A stretch of 64,000 nucleotides of DNA. It comes from Nitrososphaerota archaeon. Lineage in GTDB: Archaea > Thermoproteota > Nitrososphaeria > Nitrososphaerales > UBA57. Shown here piece by piece: positions 27,548-36,829 of the stretch (positions within the stretch are counted from its first letter, which is position 1; the number at the start of each line of letters is the position of its first letter). Location: NCBI GenBank assembly GCA_002713205.1, contig PAVW01000006.1, positions 4,779-68,778 of the forward strand, read 5' to 3'. A program made the position numbers and the translations under genes. The notes under the pieces were generated by a model. The model was not told the DNA's origin. It saw only the letters and a list, made by a program, of their open reading frames with translations, and did no database searches.

Positions 27548-30500
27548 ATGAAGGAGAATCTAGTATTATTTTGTTTAATTTGTTTAATTTTATCGTTACA
27601 GACTGTAATTATAGTTCCGACGAGTCAAGGTGAAAGTGACGAAATTTCTATTGACGCAATTCCGTCAGAATATATTGTAATTACAAAAGGTAGCAGTGGA
27701 ACAATCACACTAGATATAACAAAAGTAAATAGCACGTTAGGAAGTGGAAATCCTATAAGAACGGTGTCAATAAGTGTAGAGAATTTGCCTACTGGAAGTA
27801 GCGCAAGTGTTTCTAGTCCTTTTAGCACTTCGGTATTTGTAGGTGTGACAAGTTACAATTTAGACGTTACAATTACAGCACCTCTTAGCGTAGAAAGCGG
27901 GAGTTACAATGTAGTATTCAGAGCTACATTAGATAAAGATTCTGAAGATGTAAATACGAATGATGTAACAAAAACAGTAACTGTATATATTTCAGATTTT
28001 GAACTTTCCACATCATCATCTACAGTTACACTTATGCCTGGTGAAAGTGAAGAGATAGTATTAACAGCAAAATCATTGAATAATTTTTCCGGGTCGGTGG
28101 ATGTAATTTTACCAACAGTAACGGGTGCAGTAATTGAAAACTTAGGAAGTCTAAACGTTCCTGAAGGAACTCAAGATACTACAAATATTAGATTTACAAT
28201 AAACAGCAATGCAGTAGAAAATGGTAATGGCGTTCCTGTAGATATAAAAACTAAAGTAGGAAATTTGGAACGTATAATCACAATTACTTTAAAAATTATT
28301 CCAAATACCCTTCAGATAGAATTAACAGCAGATCCTAATCCTGTAGTTATTTTTCAAGAAAGTGTGATTACAGCGACTATCAAAGATGGTAACGGAATTG
28401 TGATTTCAGGAGCAAATGTAACGCTATCATTTTCAGGTGGAAGTGGTAGTTTTTCAAATTCATTATCTTCTATTGCAGGTATTACTGATTCGAATGGAAA
28501 ATTTTCCGATCAGTTCGAGGTGATTAAAGGAGTAGTAATAATCAAAGCAGAAACCTCAAAAACCAACTATGGTACGAGTAGTACGACCATAACGCTAGGT
28601 ACAAAAGGACATTTTGAACTTTCAGTGGAACCAGATAGTAACATAATAAATGCAGGGGATCAAAAAACTTTGACTGTGTCTGTACGATCAATTGATGGCT
28701 TTAATTCGCCCGTTAAACTGTCATATGCAGGAGGAGGAATAGGGATTTCAGTAGAGTTCACTTCCAGTGATATAATAACGCCACCACCAAACGAGACTTC
28801 TGAAGCTAGTGTTTTAATTACACTTTCAAATTCTGTAGATCCAAAACTTTACAGTGTGCAATTAATTGGGGTAGATACAATAACAGGCGAGTTGTCAAAG
28901 ACTGCAACATTTTCTATTGATGTGCCGGAAGTCGATATAGCAATAACTATCACGCCAAGTAAACAAACTATTAATCAAGGAGATATAGCATTATTCAACA
29001 TTACATTGTTATCACTTGGTGGTTTTCAAAGTGATGGTGTTACTTTAAAAACAGATCTACCTGACGATATGGAGGTGACGTTTATACCTAATCCAGTGAC
29101 GTTAGAACCTGGTGGAAATAGAAAACTTCAGTTGCGTATAGAAACAAATGACAACACCAATCCAATTGATGAGTATCCCATAATTATTGCTGCAACATCT
29201 CTAAATTCTGAAACTACAATAACTGCGTACTTGACGGTTAAAGAGTTATTCGATGTATTTTTTGATTCAACACATAGGATAGGGGGAGAAGAATTGGCTG
29301 TTGTTAAAATTTTTGTAGATGGTTTTCCAATACAAGAAGAAGATCTACCAGCTCATAGGAAATATGTCGAAGGAACAAATATCACAATAAAAATCCTCAA
29401 CAATATAGTTGATGAGGAAAAGGGAGTACGATACAAATTTAATTCTTGGAACGATGGAAGTGTATCAGTGGAAAGAAAAATCACCGTGGATAGATCTTCG
29501 ACATTTAGAGCGGAATTTGATAAAGAATTTTTACTTGAACTTAAAACTACACCAATTGGTGTTACAAAACCGTTAGGTGATGGATGGTATAAAGAATATA
29601 CTGAAGTTTCAATAAACACAATGCCAATAGTTGATATAACGGATACATCAAGATACAAATTTCAAAACTGGGACGGAGCAATATTAGCCAAAAATGAAAG
29701 GACGGATATAGTAATGGATGCGCCAAAACAAATTTTTGCGAATTATATATTGCAATATAGAATAAGTAGAACTGTAGAACCTGAATTTCTGAAGAATTTA
29801 ATTAATTTGTCAGAAAAGGAATGGGTTGACAGAGGAGCGCAAATCGATTTAGTAGCAGACGAAAAAGTCAACGAATATGGTTTTAAACAATGGATTATAG
29901 AAAGCAGTCTAGGAAGAGAGTCTATAATTAACAATCCTTGGAAAATAAGTGTCAATGAACCAATTAATATAATTTTAGAATATCAGCTTCTTCCTGATGT
30001 ACAAATAGTATCAGTAAATATGGCAAATAACGGATTTGAAGGAGAATTTTCACATATGTGGTTGAATTTAGCGAATAATCATCTTAGAGGAGGAGACATA
30101 ATAATAAAAGTAGAAACGAGCATAGATGGACTTGTAATTACACCATTAAAAATTGAAATGTTTATCGATGCAAATGAAGAAAAGACAATATCATTTATGA
30201 TTAATTATACAAAACAAGGTAGCGGAACAATAAAATTTACACTGGAAAAGACTGCACAGATGGAATCGAAAGAGTTTTATAAAGAATTTAAAATATTTTC
30301 ACAGAATGAAAAGAGAATTGTGATAAATATGGGTAAATCTCTTAGTGCTAAGCATCTTCCTGAGTTTAATAGTTTAATGGAGCCAAATGATAGAGTAATA
30401 ATTTGCGCGACAGAAATAATTGAACAAACAATGCTACAAGAAAGTGCGACTGAATTAGAAAAAGCAAGATTAATTTTAAAATTTTTGTCATCGAGAATTA

Positions 30501-31978
30501 TAAGTGTACCTGAAATACAACCACGTAGTGTATCAGAACTAATACGTGAATTTGGAGTTATGGGTTGTGCAAATAGTAACAATATTATAGAAGGAGACTC
30601 AAGAACAGCACAAATACTATATGGAGGTTTATTGAGATCAATTGAAATTGAAGTAAGACCGGTTATAGGCATCTTAGGTACGTCGACAAATATGATTTCG
30701 CCAAATGTTGAATTACATGCATGGCTTGAAGTAAAATTAGATAACCAGTGGATAATTATCGATCCATCAACTGGGATAATGTCTATTGATTTAATACTGC
30801 CGGAGAATGTACAAGGAGAATTTAATCAACGTGAGATATTCAATGCAATACCAGAGCAAGGTGGAATATTATCAGCTATGATGTATAAATGCATTACGAT
30901 ATGTAATATAGATATAACTGAATCATACAGTGGAAAAGTGCCAATTTTTAATCCAGGGTCAATGATTTTTGTAGAAGGAGATGTAAATGTGAATATAATA
31001 GACTCAAATCGTAATTTCATCACTAATGGAACTTTAGTTACATATTCATGGTCAGAGAATAATCAAGAAGAGAGTTTATCAAGATTTGTAAAGTTAATTA
31101 TGTTGTCAGAAGGTGTAGATCTGCAATATATAACAATAAACATAGAAGGGCAATTGGGAAAACAATTTCAACTAAATATATTGAATTCGATTAATTTTGA
31201 ATATAAAGTAACTTCTATTTCACCGACTTTATTTTCAAAGTCGGAAGTAGAATATAAAATTCAGATAGAAGGAAATAAATTATCAATATATGAATTTGTT
31301 ACGTTGGAATTCGAAGAAAATGAAATTGATATTATATCAACTTCATCAATAATTAGAGAAAGTCAACAAAGAAGATTAACGGCAATAGAAATTACAGTAG
31401 CTGGTAATAAAGGCAATACAGGAACAGTGATAATAAGCATACCTAGAGAAATATTTTCAGAACTGAATTCAGAATCAACAGATATAATTGTAATAATAGA
31501 TGAACAAAGAGTACCGGTAGAAATAATAGATGATGAATTAATACCAATAATAAAAATAAATTACATATTTAATATGGAAAAAGAAATTCAAGAAAAAAGA
31601 ATCATAGTTTTCTTAAAAACATATAAAGTTTCATTCGAATTGAGAGATCCACTAAATAGAATAATTAATAATGCCGAAATAAAAATGATCGGGGAAACTG
31701 AAAATAGAACGCAAATAAGTAACCAACCAATATTTGAACAACTTCATCCTGGGAATTACAAATTTACAATTAATTATAGAGGCGAATTAGAAGAGATTTC
31801 AAAACGAATTAATGATGATGATATAAACGTTAGAATTAATTTATTTAGATCAGATTCTATGGTTAGTTTCATAACAGCAGGTATTTTTATAATAATTGCA
31901 GTAATATCCTTCGGTATACAAATTGCTCTTTCAAAAGTAATACCTGAAGATAAAAAGAAATCAGCTTCGGGTTCTTAA
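27548..31978 (+). CDS. Giant surface protein with transglutaminase-like core, signal peptide and C-terminal TM anchor
   Basis: 1476 aa. The N-terminal leader is LVLFCLICLILSLQTVIIVPTSQG. The N-terminal half is a long Ser/Thr-rich Ig-like or CARDB-like repeat region. Transglutaminase-like Cys-His-Asp pattern: MGC(1007)ANS...LLRSIEIEVRPVIG...H(1057)AWLEVKLDNQWIIID(1072)PSTG, codons 30566-68, 30716-18 and 30761-63. C-terminal helix is ITAGIFIIIAVISFGIQIAL. Confidence 0.7.
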   Translation: MKENLVLFCLICLILSLQTVIIVPTSQGESDEISIDAIPSEYIVITKGSSGTITLDITKVNSTLGSGNPIRTVSISVENLPTGSSASVSSPFSTSVFVGVTSYNLDVTITAPLSVESGSYNVVFRATLDKDSEDVNTNDVTKTVTVYISDFELSTSSSTVTLMPGESEEIVLTAKSLNNFSGSVDVILPTVTGAVIENLGSLNVPEGTQDTTNIRFTINSNAVENGNGVPVDIKTKVGNLERIITITLKIIPNTLQIELTADPNPVVIFQESVITATIKDGNGIVISGANVTLSFSGGSGSFSNSLSSIAGITDSNGKFSDQFEVIKGVVIIKAETSKTNYGTSSTTITLGTKGHFELSVEPDSNIINAGDQKTLTVSVRSIDGFNSPVKLSYAGGGIGISVEFTSSDIITPPPNETSEASVLITLSNSVDPKLYSVQLIGVDTITGELSKTATFSIDVPEVDIAITITPSKQTINQGDIALFNITLLSLGGFQSDGVTLKTDLPDDMEVTFIPNPVTLEPGGNRKLQLRIETNDNTNPIDEYPIIIAATSLNSETTITAYLTVKELFDVFFDSTHRIGGEELAVVKIFVDGFPIQEEDLPAHRKYVEGTNITIKILNNIVDEEKGVRYKFNSWNDGSVSVERKITVDRSSTFRAEFDKEFLLELKTTPIGVTKPLGDGWYKEYTEVSINTMPIVDITDTSRYKFQNWDGAILAKNERTDIVMDAPKQIFANYILQYRISRTVEPEFLKNLINLSEKEWVDRGAQIDLVADEKVNEYGFKQWIIESSLGRESIINNPWKISVNEPINIILEYQLLPDVQIVSVNMANNGFEGEFSHMWLNLANNHLRGGDIIIKVETSIDGLVITPLKIEMFIDANEEKTISFMINYTKQGSGTIKFTLEKTAQMESKEFYKEFKIFSQNEKRIVINMGKSLSAKHLPEFNSLMEPNDRVIICATEIIEQTMLQESATELEKARLILKFLSSRIISVPEIQPRSVSELIREFGVMGCANSNNIIEGDSRTAQILYGGLLRSIEIEVRPVIGILGTSTNMISPNVELHAWLEVKLDNQWIIIDPSTGIMSIDLILPENVQGEFNQREIFNAIPEQGGILSAMMYKCITICNIDITESYSGKVPIFNPGSMIFVEGDVNVNIIDSNRNFITNGTLVTYSWSENNQEESLSRFVKLIMLSEGVDLQYITINIEGQLGKQFQLNILNSINFEYKVTSISPTLFSKSEVEYKIQIEGNKLSIYEFVTLEFEENEIDIISTSSIIRESQQRRLTAIEITVAGNKGNTGTVIISIPREIFSELNSESTDIIVIIDEQRVPVEIIDDELIPIIKINYIFNMEKEIQEKRIIVFLKTYKVSFELRDPLNRIINNAEIKMIGETENRTQISNQPIFEQLHPGNYKFTINYRGELEEISKRINDDDINVRINLFRSDSMVSFITAGIFIIIAVISFGIQIALSKVIPEDKKKSASGS

Positions 31979-33298
31979 CAATTTGTTTAAATTTTTATCA
32001 TAAATTACGAAGGTATTTTCTAGTTTTTTAAGGTCATCTTCAGTAATATTGAATTCATCCCATAACTCCATATCATGAATATACGACTTAAAACTGTCAT
32101 AGCCATTTTGCAATGGCTTAATTATATTTTCTAATTTTGCGCCACCTAATAATAATAAAACATCCATTCTATCAGAAGTCTCACGTACAGGAACAATGTG
32201 TAACAATGATTCTTTGAGTGCAGGAAATCGTTTTCTATTCCAAGAATTATAATCATCTTCTATACGTTTAGAAGATATATTTTGGAGAACAGTTTCAGGA
32301 ACTCTTATTATAGCAATACTTAGAATAATTGATTCAAATTCAAATGGCGAAAGTGGGAAATATGCAGCGTCGTCAAGAATATTTTTTATATTATCATATA
32401 TTTCATAACTTCTCCCATAGACATAAACCGGAGAAAATGCAAGTACTTTTAGAGATTTTGCAATTCGACTTAAGTTATTAATAGTAGTTCCATGTTCAGA
32501 TATCAAATTAAGCATTCGAGGAACTAAAACATCTGAATTTAATGTTTTACCAGAACGATCTATTCCTATCATTTTCTCAAGTGCATTACCTTGAAGAACC
32601 ACCAATATATCTCCAGAAGCCTTTTGACTTTTAATTATTCGAGAGAGGCCACAATATGCATTAAATTGAATTTGATCAGTATCAGTAGTCGATGGTAACA
32701 CAGAAAAAATAATTCTAGATGTTCCTTGGTTAATTGATTGGATTTTACGAAGGACATAAGGCGTTATAGCAGAAACTAATGGTTCACCCAGTAAACCAGT
32801 CAATATAACAGTCTGGTCTTGGATATTCTCATTAATACCGACTCGTCGGATGTGATCATCTAATTGTTTATTTTCAGACAAATTAGATCCTATACCGCTC
32901 CAGAGATTAATTTCATTACTTATATTCAAATCAAATTTAAATATTCCATTATTTGATTCAACATTATTATTTTTTATATCTGAAAACGATTCTAAATCCG
33001 ATTTAGAAGAACCCAATACCAAATAATTAGAAGATGATTGGTAGGTATGTGTACTGAGATTAAAAATAGTTTGAGAACCGTATAAACCAATACCAAGATT
33101 AATAATTTTTTTACTTTTCGTGAGGTTTTGATTTGTAAACATATCAATAATAAATTTTAATTCTTGTTGAAAATTAATAAGTGGTGAATCACAAGTTGCG
33201 CAATCATCTAGTCCGCGGACATTCTTATGTCCATCAGGACATAAAATAAAGGAATCAGAATTTGATTTACGATTATTAGGACGAATTCTAATATTCAT
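31961..33298 (-). CDS. Degenerate FtsZ/tubulin-fold protein with N-terminal Zn-ribbon-like element (predicted pseudo-GTPase)
   Basis: The ORF track gives 31961..33382 (473 aa). I prefer Met29 (33298) as the start, which leaves an 82-nt divergent intergenic region. It carries CPDGH-x8-CATC, then FtsZ-like segments at FtsZ-like spacing (about 100 and 104 aa apart). T1 position is INLGIGLYGSQ versus GVGGGGxN. T4 position is ILTGLLGEPLVSA versus GMGGGTGTG. T7 position is TTINNLSRI versus INVDFADV. All three nucleotide or catalytic motifs are degenerate. Confidence 0.55.
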   Translation of the reverse strand: MNIRIRPNNRKSNSDSFILCPDGHKNVRGLDDCATCDSPLINFQQELKFIIDMFTNQNLTKSKKIINLGIGLYGSQTIFNLSTHTYQSSSNYLVLGSSKSDLESFSDIKNNNVESNNGIFKFDLNISNEINLWSGIGSNLSENKQLDDHIRRVGINENIQDQTVILTGLLGEPLVSAITPYVLRKIQSINQGTSRIIFSVLPSTTDTDQIQFNAYCGLSRIIKSQKASGDILVVLQGNALEKMIGIDRSGKTLNSDVLVPRMLNLISEHGTTINNLSRIAKSLKVLAFSPVYVYGRSYEIYDNIKNILDDAAYFPLSPFEFESIILSIAIIRVPETVLQNISSKRIEDDYNSWNRKRFPALKESLLHIVPVRETSDRMDVLLLLGGAKLENIIKPLQNGYDSFKSYIHDMELWDEFNITEDDLKKLENTFVIYDKNLNKLLRTRS

Positions 33299-33380
33299 GT
33301 CAATAATAGAAACCACATAGTGATACAAATAATTTTTCCAAAAATACGTAAATACTATAGAAATATTCGATAAAATAAGC

Positions 33381-34367
33381 ATGAAAAGTAATCAAACAAT
33401 CAAATATGATTCAATCATGGTTGATGAGAACGGAGTAAAAACAAAGGGCAGAATACATGTATCGAATGTAAGTTTATCCTTTGAAAGAAAAATTGGATTA
33501 ATATCAAAAAAATTTGAACCGATGTTAAAAATTCCAATCGAATCAATAACGTCTTTTAATAAAAAAACATATTTTGAAATAAGTCTTAATTATGTAATTT
33601 CAGATCAAAAAGTAATAATAAATATTATTTTTAATACTCCCGCAGAAGTAATAGAAATAATAGAAAAAATTAATTCTTTGAAAAGTAATCTGGAAATCAA
33701 AGAGGAAAGAAACCAACAATTAGAACAAGATAATAAGATAAATAAAATAGATTATTCAACATATATTTATGATACTAGTTTCAAAATTTTATCAATAATA
33801 TCAATAATATTTGAACTTTTAAAAGAAAATACAAATAGTAATTGGGATAATGTAGATAATGAATATAAAAAATTTAATGAATTAATTGCATCACTTGAAA
33901 ATAATAATATAAATCTAGTACAAGATTCTACAAAAATAAAATCTGCACTTCAAACTAGAGATACTGAGAAAATATTTAATTCAATGAAAGCAAGTATTAG
34001 AACACTGGGAAACGTCTTAGAATCAGAAATTCCATACAAAGAATGGAATGAATATGATAATTCAATAAAACCAAGCTGGAACAATATTCAAATATTTTAT
34101 TTATTAACACTATCATTGAATCAAGCTATATATTTTTCTAAATTAAATATTGATTTTGATAAAGATAAAACATTAAACAATATATTCAAATATATTCCAA
34201 TTGTAAATTCAAATTTTTCAAATATAGCATCGTATGATAAAGATGAAATATCGAATAAGATGATAAAGGATGATCCTGAAATATTAAAAGAAATAATCAC
34301 ACAAATGTCAATGAATTTACAAAAGAATGTGAAAGAATTATTAAAGCAAGCAAGCTTATTATCCTAA
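33381..34367 (+). CDS. Hypothetical protein with a beta-rich N-terminal domain (PH/GRAM-like?) and a helical C-terminal region
   Basis: 328 aa with no TM segment. The first ~100 aa alternate short hydrophobic strands ending in an amphipathic helix (PAEVIEIIEKINSLKS). The remainder is Asn/Lys/Glu-rich and helical. The fold call is a guess. Confidence 0.45.
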   Translation: MKSNQTIKYDSIMVDENGVKTKGRIHVSNVSLSFERKIGLISKKFEPMLKIPIESITSFNKKTYFEISLNYVISDQKVIINIIFNTPAEVIEIIEKINSLKSNLEIKEERNQQLEQDNKINKIDYSTYIYDTSFKILSIISIIFELLKENTNSNWDNVDNEYKKFNELIASLENNNINLVQDSTKIKSALQTRDTEKIFNSMKASIRTLGNVLESEIPYKEWNEYDNSIKPSWNNIQIFYLLTLSLNQAIYFSKLNIDFDKDKTLNNIFKYIPIVNSNFSNIASYDKDEISNKMIKDDPEILKEIITQMSMNLQKNVKELLKQASLLS

Positions 34368-36829
34368 TTTTTAAGAATTTTGTGTAGAATACTAGTTTTT
34401 GTGTCAAAAGATATCTTCTTTTTACCAATAGCAAATAATTGAAGATATTGTATTGCATATTTTGATTTTACAGGTAATTGCGTTGGAAGAACTTTTCCAT
34501 CTATTTTAATCAATGAAGAAATCAATGGCTCAATATTGATATAATTTAAGATAAATTCATTCATTATCAGATATTTTTTAAGTGTGTTAGTTTCATTTTC
34601 AATAATTTTTATTCCATATTCAATATTAGAGAGTCTATCAGAAACATCATTAAGTACCTGATCATCTAATTTTCCTAAAGATGCTTTAATATCTGAGATT
34701 AACTGTGTATCCTTACCCCAATGAAAATCAGCCGGAATTTTAGAATCATTTCGTTTTTCAAATTCATGTAATAATTGTAATAGTTCTTCAATAACTGTTC
34801 GAGTTCCTGATTCAAGGAAAGCTAGCGAATCCATAACATCAGGTAAATAAAGAATCCCGCGAAAAGTTTCAAGATTTTCAAAATCCTTAGAAATTCTTTG
34901 AGTAATAAGACCAGTTTCAGTTGTTTTCGGGTCTTTACCTAATGATTCATTTAATGGTAAAACATTAGATTCGTACATCTTAACTGATCGTTTAATCAAC
35001 TTTTTTAAATTGACAATAGTTTTTTGCATTATTTTCATGTATCTTTGATTTAATGAATTAATTGTTACTAACAATGAATCCAGAGCTTGTTCTCCCTGAC
35101 CTTGTTGAATGAAATTTTCGCTAATTGAAATAGATGTTGCTTCAAGTGTAGGATCGAAATTTCTTTGTACTACTTTAACAAGTTTATCAGAAATATTAAT
35201 AGTATTTTGTGATAATTCTAGAAGGAAATTATTTAAATCGTCCTGATGACTAAGAATTATTGTAAAGGCAATTTCTGCATCAGGATCTAAATGTGTTAAC
35301 TCAATATCAGGTAAATTAACTATTCCCAACTTATTTAAACTATTGAGCAGAGTCTTACTTTTATCTAATTGTCTATTATGATATTCAATTAATTTCTTAT
35401 GCAAATTAATTTCATTTTCAGATTGAATAGCTGAAAGTTCATATATTATTTTAACTTTAGAATTTAAAATTTTATAAGATAAAGTATCAACACCATCAAG
35501 TGTAATAAGCAATTCCTCTTTGAATTTGTTAGCTGCAGTAAGTTCAAAATTGATATCAATTCCAGGACAAGCATCTTGAATTTTTTTTATTTTTTCAAAG
35601 AAAGCATCTACTAATAAAGAATGATCTTTACAAACTTTTTTAATTGTTTCATTCAATTGTGCAGATATATATCGTTTGGATAAACTTATTGAACTAACGG
35701 AAAGAATTACGCCAAACCCTCCAGCAGATAAAATAGTTTTTAATGAATTTGAAAAATTAAAACTGGTATAATAATCAAAGGGAATTTGCATGGTCTGTAA
35801 TGGAATAATAAAGAAAATACAGCCTAAAATAATAGTAAATATGAACGAGAAATCCGGAATTTGATTAAGATCAACACCACGTAACTTTAACCAAGGCCAT
35901 ATTCTATCCATAATACCAACAACAGAAAATGTGACAAGTAGTAAAAGTGGAATAAATAAAATAACCAACCGATCAATTAATAAAAATAAATAAGGATGAA
36001 ATACGTCATTTTGTACAGTTAAAATTCCTGAAAATAATTCACGAATGACGGGTAAATCAAATGAAGATAACCTAGGATTCTCATTAAAAATCAATTGATT
36101 GAAAAGAGGTAGTGATTCTGAACTCATAATGTGAAAAATTTCTTGTGGATTTAAATTTTCATTAATATTTGCATTATATGCAAAAGAAAGAGCGCCAAAA
36201 GGAATAAGTATCATAAGAAACATAAAACACATTCCTAAATTGCGTAAGAATTCATGGTCTTTTCGAATTAAAACAATCGACAACATTAATGGAATAGAAA
36301 TGAAATAATAAGGAGTTAAAAATAATGCTCCTGATATTAGACCAATAATAGGTGATAACAAATTATTTTTATTAGTAAGAGATCTAACTGTGAATAATCC
36401 TACAAAAAACAAATTAATTAATAACCACCAGAAAGGGACACTGGTTTGATATAGATAAGCTGGAATGAAAGTAAAAATCGATAGTGAAAATCCTATAAGA
36501 GGAGATCTAAAACCAATAACTGACGTTATAATAGCTATAAGAAATACTATTGGAACCGGATATAAGGGAATTACATACAACAATGTTGCAGTAAGAATAA
36601 ACAAGAGAATAGAAAGAAATACGTTCTGTAGGTTTTTACGGTATTGAATTTCTCGTTCTATTGCATTATCAATAGAAGGCGAGGGCCTTATACCAACTTT
36701 GTCAATAACTGAACTGTTAATGAGAGATGGCAAGGTAGTTTCTACATGTTTTTTATTATCAATACTAAGAATCTGTATCTTCAATCTTTTCTGTAGTAGT
36801 AAGTTGATGATCAGGTGATATGTGAACAC
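34364..36829 (-). CDS. Polytopic membrane protein (about 10-11 TM) with ~430-aa helical/coiled-coil cytoplasmic C-terminal domain
   Basis: 821 aa. Residues ~70-390 form successive hydrophobic helices; residues ~390-821 are heptad-like and helical. The annotated start overlaps the upstream gene by 65 nt. A TTG about 20 nt inside the upstream stop region is an alternative start. Either way the two genes appear translationally coupled. Confidence 0.6.
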   Translation of the reverse strand: MFTYHLIINLLLQKRLKIQILSIDNKKHVETTLPSLINSSVIDKVGIRPSPSIDNAIEREIQYRKNLQNVFLSILLFILTATLLYVIPLYPVPIVFLIAIITSVIGFRSPLIGFSLSIFTFIPAYLYQTSVPFWWLLINLFFVGLFTVRSLTNKNNLLSPIIGLISGALFLTPYYFISIPLMLSIVLIRKDHEFLRNLGMCFMFLMILIPFGALSFAYNANINENLNPQEIFHIMSSESLPLFNQLIFNENPRLSSFDLPVIRELFSGILTVQNDVFHPYLFLLIDRLVILFIPLLLLVTFSVVGIMDRIWPWLKLRGVDLNQIPDFSFIFTIILGCIFFIIPLQTMQIPFDYYTSFNFSNSLKTILSAGGFGVILSVSSISLSKRYISAQLNETIKKVCKDHSLLVDAFFEKIKKIQDACPGIDINFELTAANKFKEELLITLDGVDTLSYKILNSKVKIIYELSAIQSENEINLHKKLIEYHNRQLDKSKTLLNSLNKLGIVNLPDIELTHLDPDAEIAFTIILSHQDDLNNFLLELSQNTINISDKLVKVVQRNFDPTLEATSISISENFIQQGQGEQALDSLLVTINSLNQRYMKIMQKTIVNLKKLIKRSVKMYESNVLPLNESLGKDPKTTETGLITQRISKDFENLETFRGILYLPDVMDSLAFLESGTRTVIEELLQLLHEFEKRNDSKIPADFHWGKDTQLISDIKASLGKLDDQVLNDVSDRLSNIEYGIKIIENETNTLKKYLIMNEFILNYINIEPLISSLIKIDGKVLPTQLPVKSKYAIQYLQLFAIGKKKISFDTKTSILHKILKN

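Noticed and set aside
33299-33382. N-terminal 28-codon extension of the pseudo-FtsZ ORF (MLILSNISIVFTYFWKNYLYHYVVSIID)
   Set aside because: The extension would abut the divergent gene start at 33381 and leave no promoter space. Met29 gives a sensible 82-nt divergent intergenic region and a basic, Zn-ribbon N-terminus.
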